Assembly (NCBI RefSeq): GCF_006345805.1
Contig: NC_043017.1
Coordinates: forward strand, 17,670,001 to 17,734,000
Direction: 5' to 3'
DNA: 64,000 nt
Source: Octopus sinensis
Taxonomy: Eukaryota
This document shows, one piece after another, positions 1 to 13,139 of this stretch. The translations under genes were made by a program, and so were the position numbers. The notes below the pieces were generated by a model that made no database searches, had not been told where the DNA came from, and saw only the letters and a program-made list of their open reading frames with translations. Positions within the stretch are counted from its first letter, which is position 1; each line of letters starts with the position of its first letter.

Positions 1-160
1 TATGCTCTCAAAGTGGTTGGTGTTAGGAAGAGCATCGAGCTGTAGCAACACTGCCAGATCAGATTGGAGCTTGGTGCAGCCTCCTGGCTTGCCAGTCCCT
101 AGTCAAACCGTCCAACCCATGCCAGCATGGAAAACAAACATTAGACGATGATGATGATGA
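1..160 (+). mobile_element. RTE-type LINE 3' UTR/tail fragment
   Basis: GGTGTTAGGAAG...CCAACCCATGCCAGCATGGAAA...TTAGACGATGATGATG tail; the same motif is joined to the RTE ORF2 C-terminus at 50000-50650. Confidence 0.8.
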
Positions 161-320
161 CATATATACATACATATATATATATATATATATATGCTTA
201 CATATACATATATATACATACACATACATACATATATACATATACATACACATACATACATATATACACATACATACACATACATACATATATACACATA
301 CATACATATATACATATATA
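161..320. repeat. (TA)n/(TACA)n compound microsatellite
   Basis: Direct reading; source of spurious Y/I/T/H ORFs. Confidence 0.97.
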
Positions 321-420
321 CCGGAGTAAACACATAAATGTGAAACAAGGTGGAAAAAAGAGTACTCAATTACCAGTGGTAAAGTAATATGCTTTATTTA
401 AAGCAGCAGAAAATTCAACA

Positions 421-468
421 AAACCTGTTACTCTGAGTTTCCCGTTGCCGTTCATCGGACAGTTTTTG
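421..468 (-). ncRNA. Minimal type I hammerhead ribozyme-like motif (U4C core variant) in a microsatellite-anchored repeat (~320-488)
   Basis: Minus strand: CTGT-CCGATGA-A-CG[GCAA]CG-G-GAAA-CTCAGAG-TA|ACAG. Stem I CTGT/ACAG, GCAA-capped stem II, palindromic ACTC-A-GAGT stem III, GUA triplet. Confidence 0.65.
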
Positions 469-639
469 AGCAAAAACTGTCCGATGAAGTAGTAGTAGTA
501 GTTATGAAAGTTGCTGCTACTATTAGCTTTGTAAACAGCCCCCTTGGTTTCAGTTTCACAGTGGCCTCCCACTGGACATCTGCTGTAGACCCTAAACGAG
601 CATCATGCCTCCACTTGTGGTCTGGGAGTGTTAACTCTC

Positions 640-1056
640 TTTTACTCTTTACTCTCTTTTACTTGTTTCAGTCATTTGACTGCGGCCATGCTGGAGCACT
701 GCCTTTAGTCGAGCAATCGACCCGACGGATTATTCTTTGTAAGCCCAGTACTTATTCTATCGGTCTCTTTTGCTGAACCGCTAAGTGACGGGGACGTAAA
801 TACAGCAGCACTGGTTGTCAAGCAATGCTAGGGGACAAACACAGACACACACAATACATACACATATATACATATATATATATACATATACACGACAGGC
901 TTCTTTCAGTTTCCGTCTACCAAATCCACTCACAAGGCATTGGTCGGCCCGGGGCTATAGCAGAAGACACTCGCCCAAGATGCCACGCAGTGGGACTGAA
1001 CCCGGAACCATGTGATTGGTTAGCAAGCTACTTACCACACAGCCACTCCTGCGCCT
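640..1056 (-). mobile_element. tRNA-derived SINE family A (~410 bp, internal microsatellite)
   Basis: Head GGCGCAGGAGTGGCTGTGTGGTAAG...GGTTCAGTCCC (A/B boxes); tail CAGCATGGCCGCAGTCAAATGACTGAAACAAGTAAAAGA; more than 10 copies in the window. Confidence 0.9.
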
Positions 1057-1097
1057 AACTAAAATATTCTTAAATGTGATTGTATAAAGTGCTTATC

Positions 1098-1457
1098 TAC
1101 TACTTTAAGGAATATCCTACCTACACGTTTGTATGTTGAGGGAGAATGCAGGGGATGGGAACCAAATGATATCTAGGCAATGCTTCCTTTTGAGGGTGTT
1201 AGGTCCCAGCATGTAGGAGATGTGGTTCATAAACATGATTGCAGGTAGGGCCTCATTATAGTAGGGGGCTGCTGTGTCGAAAATTTCTTGGCTACAGGAA
1301 AGATTCGAGAGCCTCTTGCTGACACCCTTCACCAGGTTTTTAAACATGATGGGTGAGTGGCAAAAGGCTGTGTTGATATTTGCCAGCCTCTTGTTTGGTT
1401 TGTAATAGGGCCTGTAAGTATCAGAGCCCAAGTTGGCTGTGACATCTAAGAAGTCTG
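1098..1457 (-). mobile_element. Penelope-like element RT C-terminal fragment (degenerate)
   Basis: YRPYYKPN...KRLSNLSCSQEIFDTAAPYYNEAL...IIWFPSPAFSLNIQT matches the PLE pattern PY.KPN / RLS.LS / IF..AAP.Y..AL / IIWFNPPFS. Confidence 0.8.
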
Positions 1458-1483
1458 CATATATATATATGTATGTGTGTTTG

Positions 1484-1630
1484 TGGCGTTAGGAAGGGCA
1501 TCCAGCTGTAGAAACACTGCCAGATCAGACCGGAGCCTGGTGCAGCCTTCTGGCTTCCCAGACCCCCGGTCGAACCGTCCAACCCATGCTAGCATGGAGA
1601 ACGGACGTTAAACGATGATGATGATGATGT
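1484..1630 (+). mobile_element. RTE 3' tail fragment
   Basis: TGGCGTTAGGAAGGGCATCCAGCTGTAG...GGACGTTAAACGATGATG. Confidence 0.85.
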
Positions 1631-2138
1631 TCCGTGCTGGCATGGGTTGTAATGATTTGAATGGGACCAATGGGTCCAAGGGCTGCATTGTACTCTAGTG
1701 TCTGCTTTGGCATTGTTTCTATAGCTGGATGTCCTTCCTAACACCAACCACTTTACAATGTGTACAGGGTGCCACAAGCACTAGTAAGGTCATCTGGCCT
1801 TCTGCTAGCAGGTGAGGGTTAATGTATGATAGAAGGGGATGGAACAGTGCAAGTTCTTCTTGTAAAGGGACTACATGGCTACACCCATTTAGAGGAAAGT
1901 ATATTACTGGTTATGGATATAAGGGGTCAAAATGTTACTGTTGGCTTCATGCTGGCTATTGTACCTACTTGAAAACTACAGTAACATTCTGGCTAATTAT
2001 ATTCCTAAACCAGTAATATACTGCTTGATGATATGAAAATACATAACTGCTTATATATGAGAAACATTCTCATATAGTGCTTTTTTCTAACTTATGGACA
2101 ACTAACACATAATATATATACATACATGTATATATTTA

Positions 2139-2446
2139 TATCGTGTGATCACGTGACTGACCAGGCTATCAGATGTTGCTACACATCGCTGGTCACAATG
2201 TGCTTCGCATTGTTTTAGCCTCCAAATGACGCCACCCTGCTGGGTAAGCGAGCAGGCCAACATAAGAAAGAGTGAGAGAAAGAGTGTTGAAAGAGTACAG
2301 CAAGGATTGCCACCACCCCCTGCCGGAGCCTCGTGGAGCTTTAGGTGTTTTCACTCAAACACTCTCAATGTCCGGTCTGGGAATTGAAACCGTGATCCTA
2401 CAACCGCGAGTCTGCTGCCCTAACCACTGAGCCATTGCGCCTCCAC
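2139..2446 (-). mobile_element. tRNA-derived SINE family D, tail type 2
   Basis: Head GTGGAGGCGCAATGGCTCAGTGGTTAGGGCAGCAGACTCGCGG shared with 36122 and 52584; 3' half differs. Confidence 0.85.
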
Positions 2447-2451
2447 ACACA

Positions 2452-2795
2452 GATCTCATTCTTGCTCACAACATCATAAGCGGAAAGTGTAACCTCTCGA
2501 AAGAGCTGTTCTTCACTCCTGCTCCAGAGCATCGGCTGTGGGGTCACTCCAAAAAGCTCTATCTGCGATGATTTCATTTCAATCAAAGGAGAGGGGCTTT
2601 CTCCGTCCGAGTTGGGGATCCGTGGAATAAGCTGCCGGACGAGATAGTGAAGATGCCGACGACCACTCGGTTCAAAGTCTCCCTTGACCACAAATGGCCT
2701 GAACTCTTTGCATGAACACCACCCTGTACATAACTCCATGTCCCCCTACATGGCCTTGCTTTTTGCTTTTTGAGCCAAAAAATTAACTTAACTTC
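2452..2795 (+). mobile_element. CR1-clade LINE ORF2 C-terminus and 3' UTR
   Basis: Plus frame (not in ORF track): LWGHSKKLYLR*FHFNQRRGAFSVRVGDPWNKLPDEIVKMPTTTRFKVSLD, the CR1 GH..KL / FS.RV..WN.LP / FK..LD motif. Confidence 0.85.
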
Positions 2796-2904
2796 ACTAT
2801 ATAGATGGTGAGAAAAAGTCTTCAGACGCTGGGCCTCACTGAGCAAATGACAAGGAACCAGGAGTTGTAGCAATTTGCTGAACTACAGAAGAGGTGTCAA
2901 GCTA

Positions 2905-3130
2905 ATCACACTCATGCTGGTACCACATAAAATGCACAGGTGCTGGTGGAATATACACAGCATCTAGCACACTCTGTAAAGTGGTTGGTGTTAGGAAGGG
3001 CATCCAGCCATAGAGATCATGCTAAAACAGACAAATGGAGTTGGAACAGTTCTCCCACTAGCCAACTACTGTCCAGCCATCCAACCTATGCTGGCACAGG
3101 AAACAGATGTTAGATGATGATGATGATGAC
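2905..3130 (+). mobile_element. RTE 3' UTR/tail fragment (diverged)
   Basis: GTGGTTGGTGTTAGGAAGGGCATCCAGCC...GATGTTAGATGATGATG. Confidence 0.75.
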
Positions 3131-3304
3131 ACACACACACAGACACATACATAGATATACACACAAACACACACACACACATTATATATGTAATTGTATT
3201 TATGTATTTACAAATGACAGAAATAACACTGAATATTGTGCAGCAGCAGGCTTCCTACACAGTAAATGTGTGTGTGTGTGTATATATGTGCGTGTGTGCA
3301 TGTA

Positions 3305-3380
<76 letters not shown>

Positions 3381-3499
3381 ATTAATGCAATAGAAACGAT
3401 TGTTGGCTTTATAGGGTCAGATCTATAATAAAGATATAATTTTTTTCTGTACATATTTGTTTAATGTAAATACATCTATATATATGTCTGTATATACAC

Positions 3500-3536
<37 letters not shown>

Positions 3537-3636
3537 CGTATGTGTGTGTGTGTGTGTGATAGATGCAGGAGTGGGTGTGTGGTAAGTTTATGTTTGTTCC
3601 CTTCACTTCTGTGAATGTTAATCATCAATAAACGTA

Positions 3637-3670
<34 letters not shown>

Positions 3671-3869
3671 TGTGTGTGTGTGTGTGTGCAAGTGTATATA
3701 TGATCACTCTATGGCCAGCCATAACTTTTAACTTCCTAAATTCAGGATTAGAAGGTTGATTCCCAACCACATGGTTCTTGGTTCAGTCCCAAAACGTGGC
3801 ACCTTGGCCAAGCCTTGTGAGTGGATTTGGTAGACAGAAACTGAAAGAAGCCCATCATATTCTTTTATG

Positions 3870-4276
3870 CTTTTTATTCTTTCACTTGTTTCAGTCATTT
3901 GACTGCGGCCATGCTGGAGCACTGCCTTTAGTCGAACAAACTGACCCCAGGCTTATTCTTTGTAAGTCTAGTAGTACTTATTCAAGTGGTGTCTTTCACC
4001 AAACTGCTAAGTTACGAGGATGTAAACACACCAGCATCGGTTGTCAAGTGATGGTGGTGGGGAGTCAAACACAGAGACACAGACACACACACACACACAC
4101 ACACATATATACACGACGGGCTTCTTTCAGTTTCCGACTACCAAATCCACTCACAAGGCTTTGGTTGGCCTAAGGCTATAGTAGAAGTCACCTGCTCAAA
4201 GTGTCTCGCAGTGGGACTGAACCCAAGACCATGTGGTTGGGAAGCAAGCTTCTTACCACACAGCCACTCCTGTGCC

Positions 4277-4277
<1 letters not shown>
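3870..4277 (-). mobile_element. SINE family A copy (a plus-strand head fragment precedes it at ~3755-3855)
   Basis: Same head and tail as 640-1056. Confidence 0.85.
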
Positions 4278-4332
<55 letters not shown>

Positions 4333-5000
4333 CGTGTAAGATGTCTTAGTTAGTAGTGAAGATTTTGAGCACATCCTTTTACAGGGTCTACAAACCAGAA
4401 ATCTGGCCCAAATGCTTGCAACAGAGGGGAAGCCACGAAAGGTCCACAATGATCAATGGTTTCGGAATAAGCCTGCACACCCTGGGTATGGCACAACAGA
4501 ATTTGAACTCGGAACATGAAGACTTGGAGCAAATATCACAAGGCAGCCGGTCTGACGTTCTAATTGTCCTGCCAGTCCACCCGTACTCTGATCTCGTACT
4601 TTAGTTTTATTGACCTTGGATGGAAAGACGAGGTTGACCTCGGTAGGATTTGAATACAGAACATAAGGTGCAGGGATTAAACAACACAAAGTATTTCATC
4701 AGAGGCTTTGATATTAACGAAATTCTTGACCCCAATTACGATGTACTCTCCGTATTCCCCTCTCATAGATCTTGTTGCCAACACACAATCTCTCTCTCTC
4801 TCTCTCTCGTTCACTCACTCACTGACACACACAAATGTTTATATAACAAAATATTTAATAAATATGACTTGTCTCTGAAAATAAATTAATTATACTCCAG
4901 GGTAACTTTCGTTTCTTTTTACACTCATAGTCTACTTTGATATCAAGAGAAGTTAAATGGAGTATCAACAGTTAACTTTTTCTTTTCTGCATATTAAAAA

Positions 5001-5039
5001 CAATGGTTCCCCAACCTAGAATGCCGGCACCTGGATGTG

Positions 5040-5088
<49 letters not shown>

Positions 5089-5343
5089 ATCATATTTAAA
5101 TTGCGGCAATGTTTCCTAAAGGCGAAACATCACTTTTCAAAACGAAATTATTAGCTTTGTTTTCAAAATAGCCGGATTATTCAGCCCATCAAGAACTTAA
5201 ATTCCACAATACTGATTGTGGTTCAAATTAAATAAATTAGTAATTAAGAAAATTGTGGTAATTTCTTTTATAGGAGGAAGTCGAAAATTAATCAAATATT
5301 TCTTAGGGGTGGTACGAGGCATAGAAAAGGTTAGGAACCATTG
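5001..5343. mobile_element. hAT/Charlie-like MITE
   Basis: TIRs CAATGGTTCCCCAACCT ... AGGTTAGGAACCATTG; TSD degenerate. Confidence 0.7.
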
Positions 5344-7243
5344 CATTAAATAATAAAAATTATAAAAGATCATACGGTATATACATTACATATATTATAT
5401 TATATATACTTACAGAAGAAGTGATTTCTTTATAGTTTGGGATAAAGGTCCTCTTGAGTGACCAGGTAATAAAAAAAAAGTATGGTAATTGCAGAAACAA
5501 CAGAACGGAATCAAATCCTTAGGGGTAGACAAGAACAAGCAAACCGCAAAGGATATCCTGTTATTTCGTTAAAACTTTCTTTTAAATGTGGTCCTCGATA
5601 AGGTTTCGTTCTTTGAAGTTTTTTTGGTTTAAACTTTTAATTTTTTTTTTTAAGAAAAGAAAAAAGAAACGATAAAGAATTTCTTTTTTCTGGGTATTTG
5701 TTAATATTAGATTGTGATTAATGTGATCATCTAGATATAAAAGTTTTATCTTGTTTTAAAAAGAACACATCCATGGATATAGCAGTAAATGTATGTATAA
5801 ATGTATCTGTATATATATATATATATACATATATACACCACACATGCAGGCTGGCAATGTTAGCTTTAAAATTGAGCAACAAATTAGTTCTAACACCGAC
5901 CTTCAAGTAAAGAACAATGTTTGTATATGAAGATTAAAGAAGGCCTCTCTGTCCGACCACAAAAAATGCAGAGCAAAGAAACAACACACCTGTTGCTTTA
6001 GCTTTGACTGTCCCCCGAAGGTCTGGATGGTTTCATGTACCAACTTTTTGGGTTTCACTCAACACAGCGATAAATCGTTATCTTTGGGTGGGTGTATATA
6101 TATGTTTGTATTGTTTTTCCTTTTTACAGTTTTTTATATATTTTATCCCTTATTTTTCCCCCCTTTCCTCTCGTGTTGATAAAAACCAAGATATTTTAAT
6201 CAGTAAATACACACACATACACACTGACTATTAATCTTATTCAAAAAGAAGGATTAAGACGAACTTTGCCCTGCAAACATACACAATCTTAAAAGGAATT
6301 ATGTAAGATTAATTATAAGGTTTTTTTTTTTCCTAGGCCAGACGAGATGAGCTAGAGTAAATCTTTAGGTTGAAAATGAATCTAACTTCACGTTTTCCCT
6401 CCTTAACACCAACTTTCAATCAATTGTCTGTTGGCCCATAGTTTGTCCTCCTTGTCTGTCGTGTTTTGTTTTTAAATAATGAAATCATCAACTTCATTTT
6501 ATAATGAGATCAGGTGTGCATGTAATTATATATATATATGTACGCGCGCGCGTGTGTGTGTGTGTGTGTGTGTATAATTACGCACACATACACACGGGGT
6601 GGGTGAGGGTGAGATCGTATAATTAATGATTTTAATTATATGGATAGACAGTTGGGAAAATATGGTGATAGCTGGTACCTGTAATTATAGCAATTATAGG
6701 AAATGGTTTGGAAAGGGAAGGTAGATAGCACAGTATATAGGTATGTGTGTATGTATCTTAGTATGTGTATATGTAGAAAATATAAGGAGCCGTATATAAA
6801 GATAGTATGAGAGAGAGCGAGAGAGAGGGTGGGTGAGTATGATTATATATATACATATGAGAAAGTGAGTGTCAGTATATATAGAGATATGAGTTTGGAG
6901 GTGTGCTTGATTTGCCGAAGTGTTTCAACTTGTTCATATGTTGTTTTTGTAAGAAACAAACTAAGCCAAAATTATTATTATTATTATTATTAAATATAAT
7001 AATAGTAATGATAATGATGATATTATCAGTTGTTATAAGTATTATATTATTTTCTGCATATACCGTCCTAAACCAAGAAACCTCAATATTTTGTTAGGAT
7101 TTAAAAAAAACAAAACCTATAAAATTAGTACTGGGGTTAGTAAAAATGTTTAAAAAATTGGAGCTTTTATACACACACACACATATACACACTATAACGA
7201 AGTATTTACAATGAGGCTTTTAAGTGGAATTGAAAAGTCTCAC

Positions 7244-7298
7244 CTGGTCAAACTTTGCCTTGTATACCGCTGACATTTTTTCTGCCTCAAACACTTGG
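7244..7298 (-). CDS. Candidate 55 nt internal coding exon of an unidentified gene (QVFEAEKMSAVYKAKFDQ)
   Basis: Acceptor TCTGTCTCCTTCATTGACAG, donor CCAG|GTGAGA, open frame, unique non-repetitive sequence; no protein recognised. Confidence 0.5.
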
Positions 7299-7749
7299 CT
7301 GTCAATGAAGGAGACAGACGCACGCTCACGCCACACAGAGCCAACACAGTCCGTTAATAGCAAAAAAAAACACTCCTTCAACATATATATACATACATAC
7401 AGGTGTGTATGTGTGTGCGCGAGCGCGTATGTGCCTAGTGTGCGTGTAATGTTTTGTTCTTTATGATGTAAACTAGTTTGGCTTCTTAGGTTTAGGTTAC
7501 ATTAAGTTCAGAAAGAATGAGATTGGTGCGGGAGTGATTTTCCTTTGTATTTTTATGCTTATGTGTGTATGTGCGTGTATGTGTATACATACATACATAC
7601 ACAGATCATACATGATTTATATGTATATTATACAATATTGAATTGAATTGAACCGGTTTCAGCTCATGAGCTGTGGCCATGGCCATGCTGGGGCACCACT
7701 ATTTATATATATACACACATACACGTGTGTGTATGCTACACATATATAT

Positions 7750-7806
<57 letters not shown>

Positions 7807-7954
7807 AGGAGAGAGAGAGAAAGTCTTATTTTATTTAATGGTTTGAAATAAAAAGAAAAATAAAGTGTCAGTTTGTGAAATTTATTTCTGAACTTTTTAT
7901 AGTTTCACTATATGGGTACATGTATGTCAGAGTTCATACATGCATAGACAGACA

Positions 7955-7961
7955 GATAGAC

Positions 7962-8039
<78 letters not shown>

Positions 8040-8064
8040 GTAGGTAGGTAGGTAGGTAGGTAGG

Positions 8065-8117
<53 letters not shown>
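7955..8117. repeat. (GATA)n/(GGTA)n microsatellite
   Basis: Direct reading. Confidence 0.97.
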
Positions 8118-8119
<2 letters not shown>

Positions 8120-9220
8120 GAAGAGAGATGTTATATATATTTGGAAGACTGGGTGTGTATGTCTGCTGTGCGCGCGTGCGTACAAGGGCAAGAAGAAAAG
8201 AAATAGAAAAATGTCGTGACGTTTAGTCGTGGAGTCTTCTGGGTGACAGGATTAATAAATTTTATTAAAGTAATGGTCGTTCTTTTTTTCAAGTGGAGGA
8301 CACTGTCTCAAGACAGTATCACGTGTGTGTGTGTGTATATATATATATACATATAGATATAGATATTATATAATAATATATATGCATATATGTCTGTACA
8401 TGTGTGTATATATATGTATAATATGTATGTATATCTCCTTTAAATATGTATCATTGACAGCGGTGTATATATAACATTCCGAGAGTAACAATTTTTAACA
8501 CGAAATTTAAACCTGGATATATATGTACGTGTGTGTGTGTGTGTGTGTGCGTATGTATGTTATATAGTGTAAAATTATATATATATATAGTGGATAAGTT
8601 TTTCTGCAAGCAATATATTAACAAAGCTAGCTAATATTCAAAAAGGCATATATTTTGCAGTCTTATTGTAAAACGAGAAATTCTAAGCAAAAAGGGAAAT
8701 TCTAAGTAAAAAAAAAAAAAGTAAAACAGAAAAAATAAAGAAACGAAAATAATATTAATAATGATAATAAAATTTGCTGTTCTCCCTAACAAAATTGCGA
8801 TAAGTTCAATGCAATCTAAACTTTAGTGCTCCGCCAAAAAGAAAAAACTATCTCAGTCACTTTATAAACTGTGATTAAAGGCTATAGAATTGTTTATTTT
8901 ACTTAAGAGCTTGGCGGGTAGGTGTGTATTTAATTTTTATTACATCTGTGAGTGAAGGCAAAGTTTGTGTTTCAATGAAGGCCAGGTAATTAAAGGAAAA
9001 GATCAACTCTACAACTGAGATGATTCAGAGAGAGAGAAAAAAAAGCGGGTTTTCACTGTTTAATGGTTGTGGTGGGGATAATGCTTATAACGTGTGTGTA
9101 GATGATTACGTGTCGAAGTTTGTTTCTTCACTGGTTTAATGTCATTCTTGAGTATGCATTAAATTTTTATGTAGCTATGGAGATTTGAAAAATAAAATAA
9201 GTCACTTGTTCATACTTTTG

Positions 9221-9254
9221 TCTATCTATTTATCTATCTATCTATCTATCTATC

Positions 9255-9331
<77 letters not shown>

Positions 9332-9332
9332 T
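9221..9332. repeat. (TATC)n joined to (GATA)n, an inverted microsatellite junction
   Basis: Repeat strand switches at TCTAGA 9253-9258. Confidence 0.9.
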
Positions 9333-9443
9333 CTGTATCTATCTGTCTATCTAGTTAGCTGCCAGTCTGTCTCGTCTCTTATGTCTATGAGTATTATAAT
9401 CTTATATACATTGTGTTGCATATACAGAGTATATATTGTGCTA

Positions 9444-9485
<42 letters not shown>

Positions 9486-10103
9486 ACACACATACAACTT
9501 ATATGTATATATATATTTATGAAAATTTATGTATATACATGCTTATCTATGCGCACACAAACACACACACACACATATATACATACAAACATACATATAT
9601 GTCAAATATGTCAATATTTAGACTTCCCGTTGCTTGCTTTGTATGGATATATGTGTATGTGTACGTGTGTGTGTGTGTGTATGTGTGAATATGCGTGTGT
9701 TGTGAATGTAGTTTCCTGTTATATAAACTTCGATATTTCCGTATCTATGAATATATCAACGCATGATTATGGGCGTGTCCTTGTCTGTATATATTGTTTT
9801 AAGAATGTGTGTGAAGTGGCAGACGGTTATTGTAATAGAGGATGATATTATTATCAAAATTAACGAGTTCCAAATACTCTGACGACGATAAAGCTACATT
9901 TTCTGCTTAATGTCACCGGCCGGTTCTAGCGATTTAAAATTGTCCCAAAGGGACAAAGTGATCACGATAAGTTGGTTCTACTTTACAATGGTTCGTATTA
10001 CACTTGGCGTCTTGTGAAACCTGAAACTCAGAGTTACAAAAATTACACCCTGATTTTTAGTTGCGTGTATTCTATTTTCCCTTGTAGACACGCGCGCGTG
10101 TGT

Positions 10104-10138
<35 letters not shown>

Positions 10139-10344
10139 AGTTGATTTTTACAAAAGGTGGAAAAGAGTACTTGATAATATAAAGCAGAGCAGTTGTGGCG
10201 TTTAATTAGGTGTGAATATTACAAAGGTTACTAGGTTTTTTTCAAGGGTCCAGAGTTTCGTACCTAGGTGATTTAACAGAAAACCTAAGGCGGACAACAA
10301 ATAATTTTGTAGTATTCTCTCACCCTAATAAAAGTATACGTGTG

Positions 10345-10386
10345 TGTGTGTGCATGTATGTATATATGTATTATATATGTATATAT

Positions 10387-10448
<62 letters not shown>

Positions 10449-10480
10449 ATATGTATATATATGTATATATATATATATAT

Positions 10481-10540
<60 letters not shown>
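10345..10540. repeat. Long (TA)n microsatellite
   Basis: Direct reading. Confidence 0.97.
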
Positions 10541-10541
<1 letters not shown>

Positions 10542-10817
10542 TGAGGGAATAGAGCAGGTAAAATGAAGGCTACATATTGCTTCCTAGCTATCAAAACCTC
10601 GTAAGTAATAATTACTCAACGAGGGGTTCACGCTAGCTACTCATCAGGCCGAAGATAACTTAGTTAAATAAAGGTTTTTATACTTACTAACTCCCTACAC
10701 CTGATATACACACGCATATATATATATAATATTATATGTGTATATGATATTATGCATTTATATATATATTACATATCTAATATACATTGTTATATATTCA
10801 TATTGTGTATGTGTGTG

Positions 10818-10857
<40 letters not shown>

Positions 10858-10859
10858 GT

Positions 10860-10985
10860 TCAAATTTATAGGAAACAAAAGACGAAGACAGATGAGGGAA
10901 CAACAAGCAATTGTATTAGTTTAACACTCGTGAAGGACGGGAAAGTCTTCGACGTTTCGGACCTACGCTCTTTGACAGAAAGGAT
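10860..10985 (-). mobile_element. PLE-type terminal repeat fragment with a decayed minimal hammerhead
   Basis: Minus strand CTTT-CTGTCAA-AGAGCGTAGGTCC-GAAACGTC|GAAG; GAAACGTC palindrome intact, CTGANGA core mutated. Confidence 0.55.
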
Positions 10986-11373
10986 TGAGAGAACAAAAAA
11001 ATGGAGAGCGAAAACACAAACGTGAAAGAAAAAAAATGTGTAGGGGTAAATGGTTCAAATCATTCTACAATTGTGTGTTTGCCTGCATTTACGACTGGTG
11101 TGTCATCTCAGAGCTTCTTATACATTTTGAGCGCTAACACACATTTATTCGACTGCATGAATATTCATTCACAGATCCACACAGGCACGTATATACAAAT
11201 ATATACAAACACACATTGCGCTTGTCTGTTTACTTGTATCTCTGTCTCTGTATCTCTGTATCTGTCTGTCTGTCTTTCTCTCCCTCTCTCATACGCGCGC
11301 ACTTCTTTCTAAACCTGGTTGAAATCAAGAACGACAGATTGGTAGACAGGCGGTCAAAAAGCGAGATAGAGAA

Positions 11374-11374
<1 letters not shown>

Positions 11375-11458
<84 letters not shown>

Positions 11459-11475
11459 CAGGTAGGTAGGTAGGC

Positions 11476-11547
<72 letters not shown>

Positions 11548-11574
11548 GGACGGACGGACGGACAGACAGACAGG

Positions 11575-11608
<34 letters not shown>

Positions 11609-11610
11609 CA
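11375..11610. repeat. (GATA)/(GACA)/(GACG)/(GGTA) compound microsatellite
   Basis: Direct reading. Confidence 0.97.
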
Positions 11611-12342
11611 ATTTATCGACAGGGATGTGAAAATGTTTCTGCGAATGTAAAGATGAAGGGAGAGTAGAAGCTAGGTTTATACAGGTATGTAGGTATATAG
11701 GTGAGACAAGCAGGTAGCTATCACTATGGTGTTGTTGTTGTTGTTGTTGTAGTTGCTGTCGTCTGTTGGTTGACAGCGTAGTCTAAAAGTATAGAAGTAC
11801 TGGTGGTATTGGTGGTGGTGCTGGTGTTACCGTTGCGGTGATGTCGGTTACGTCTGTTAGTGTTGTTATTGCTATTGATGTTTGGCGATGTAACAGATGT
11901 GATGGTGATGACAATGATAATTGCAATTACGGTGCCGTCATCATCACTGGTGTTTTTATTATGTATGACGTATCGTTTCCGTGGGATTTTTTTTTTTATA
12001 TATAAAGTGAGTGAATGTTGCTTTTGTTGTTGTTGTTGTTGTTGGAGATGGTGGTGGTGTTGCTGCACTTTAGACCTCCACCACCAGATCAGATTCAGAT
12101 CTGACGGAGCAGATTTATTTTATTGTAATCATAAGCTTTCCAACCGTGACAATTCCATCTCTTTTTTTTTTTTTTTTTTTTGTTAGGGATATGTTTTCGC
12201 GTAGAACTGAGGGCGAATGGGAATTGTCAATTATGAAAATGGATCCACACACACACACACACACAAATGTGTGTTAGAAAATAACAACAGTTACAATAAT
12301 AGCTATCATCATTATTAATATTATTATTATTATTATTATTAA

Positions 12343-12373
<31 letters not shown>

Positions 12374-12684
12374 GTATTTCCATGGTGTTTTCCAATGTAA
12401 CGAGGGCTTCGTGTGAACCCGTCGAATGCCCCACTCACACACGCACAGACACTCACAAAATTGAAAGGTGTGTGAATTGGGGGAGATTTGGTTGCTACTT
12501 CTAGCAGATCAAATTACCACATACATAGAGACACTCTCGTTATGTTGTTTAAGATGATGTTTAAACGTTACAAGTGATGTAACGGGTGTTTTGTTTGTTT
12601 TTCTTTTCGTTTTTGAGGGATGGGACAGACTCTTATACCTTGTATTGTTTTTTCCTTCCTGATTATATCAATACTGTAGTATAT

Positions 12685-12811
12685 CAGACCGATAGAATAA
12701 GTACTGGGCTTACAAAAAGAATAAGTCCCGGGGTCGAGTTGCTCGATTAAAGGCGGTGCTCCAGCATGGCCGCAGTCAAATGACTGAAACAAGTAAAAGA
12801 GTAAAAGAGAG
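12685..12811 (+). mobile_element. 5'-truncated SINE A with a 17 bp TSD
   Basis: TATATCAATACTGTAGT at 12664-12680 and 12812-12828. Confidence 0.88.
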
Positions 12812-13139
12812 TATATCAATACTGTAGTGTTGTTATTGTTGGTGGTGGTGGTGGTGATGCTAATGTCGATGTTGGTGGTGAAGAGGAGGCGAAGGCAGAA
12901 GGGGATTTTGTTCTTCTCAATGATACTGCTATTGATGTTGTTGTTGTTGTTGTTGTTGTTGTTATGGATTGTGGTGACGATGGTGGCGGCGGCGGCGGTG
13001 CAAGAGGCGAATGCTGTTAATGTGTTATCAGAGGGAACTTAGCTGCTATTTCTAGCAGATCAAATAACTACATAAGGCCGCTTCCCCCCCGTCGTAAACC
13101 CAAACCCGTAGGTGTTGATTGTTTATAACTTGTTGCTGG

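Noticed and set aside
481-515. Plus-strand CCGATGA...GAAA as a second hammerhead
   Set aside because: Core comes from the foldback; the (GTA)n spacer forms no stem II, and there is no stem I or III
5436-5465. 30 nt plus-strand exon-like segment (FGIKVLLSDQ)
   Set aside because: Lies in what looks like an interspersed repeat; no supporting plus-strand exons
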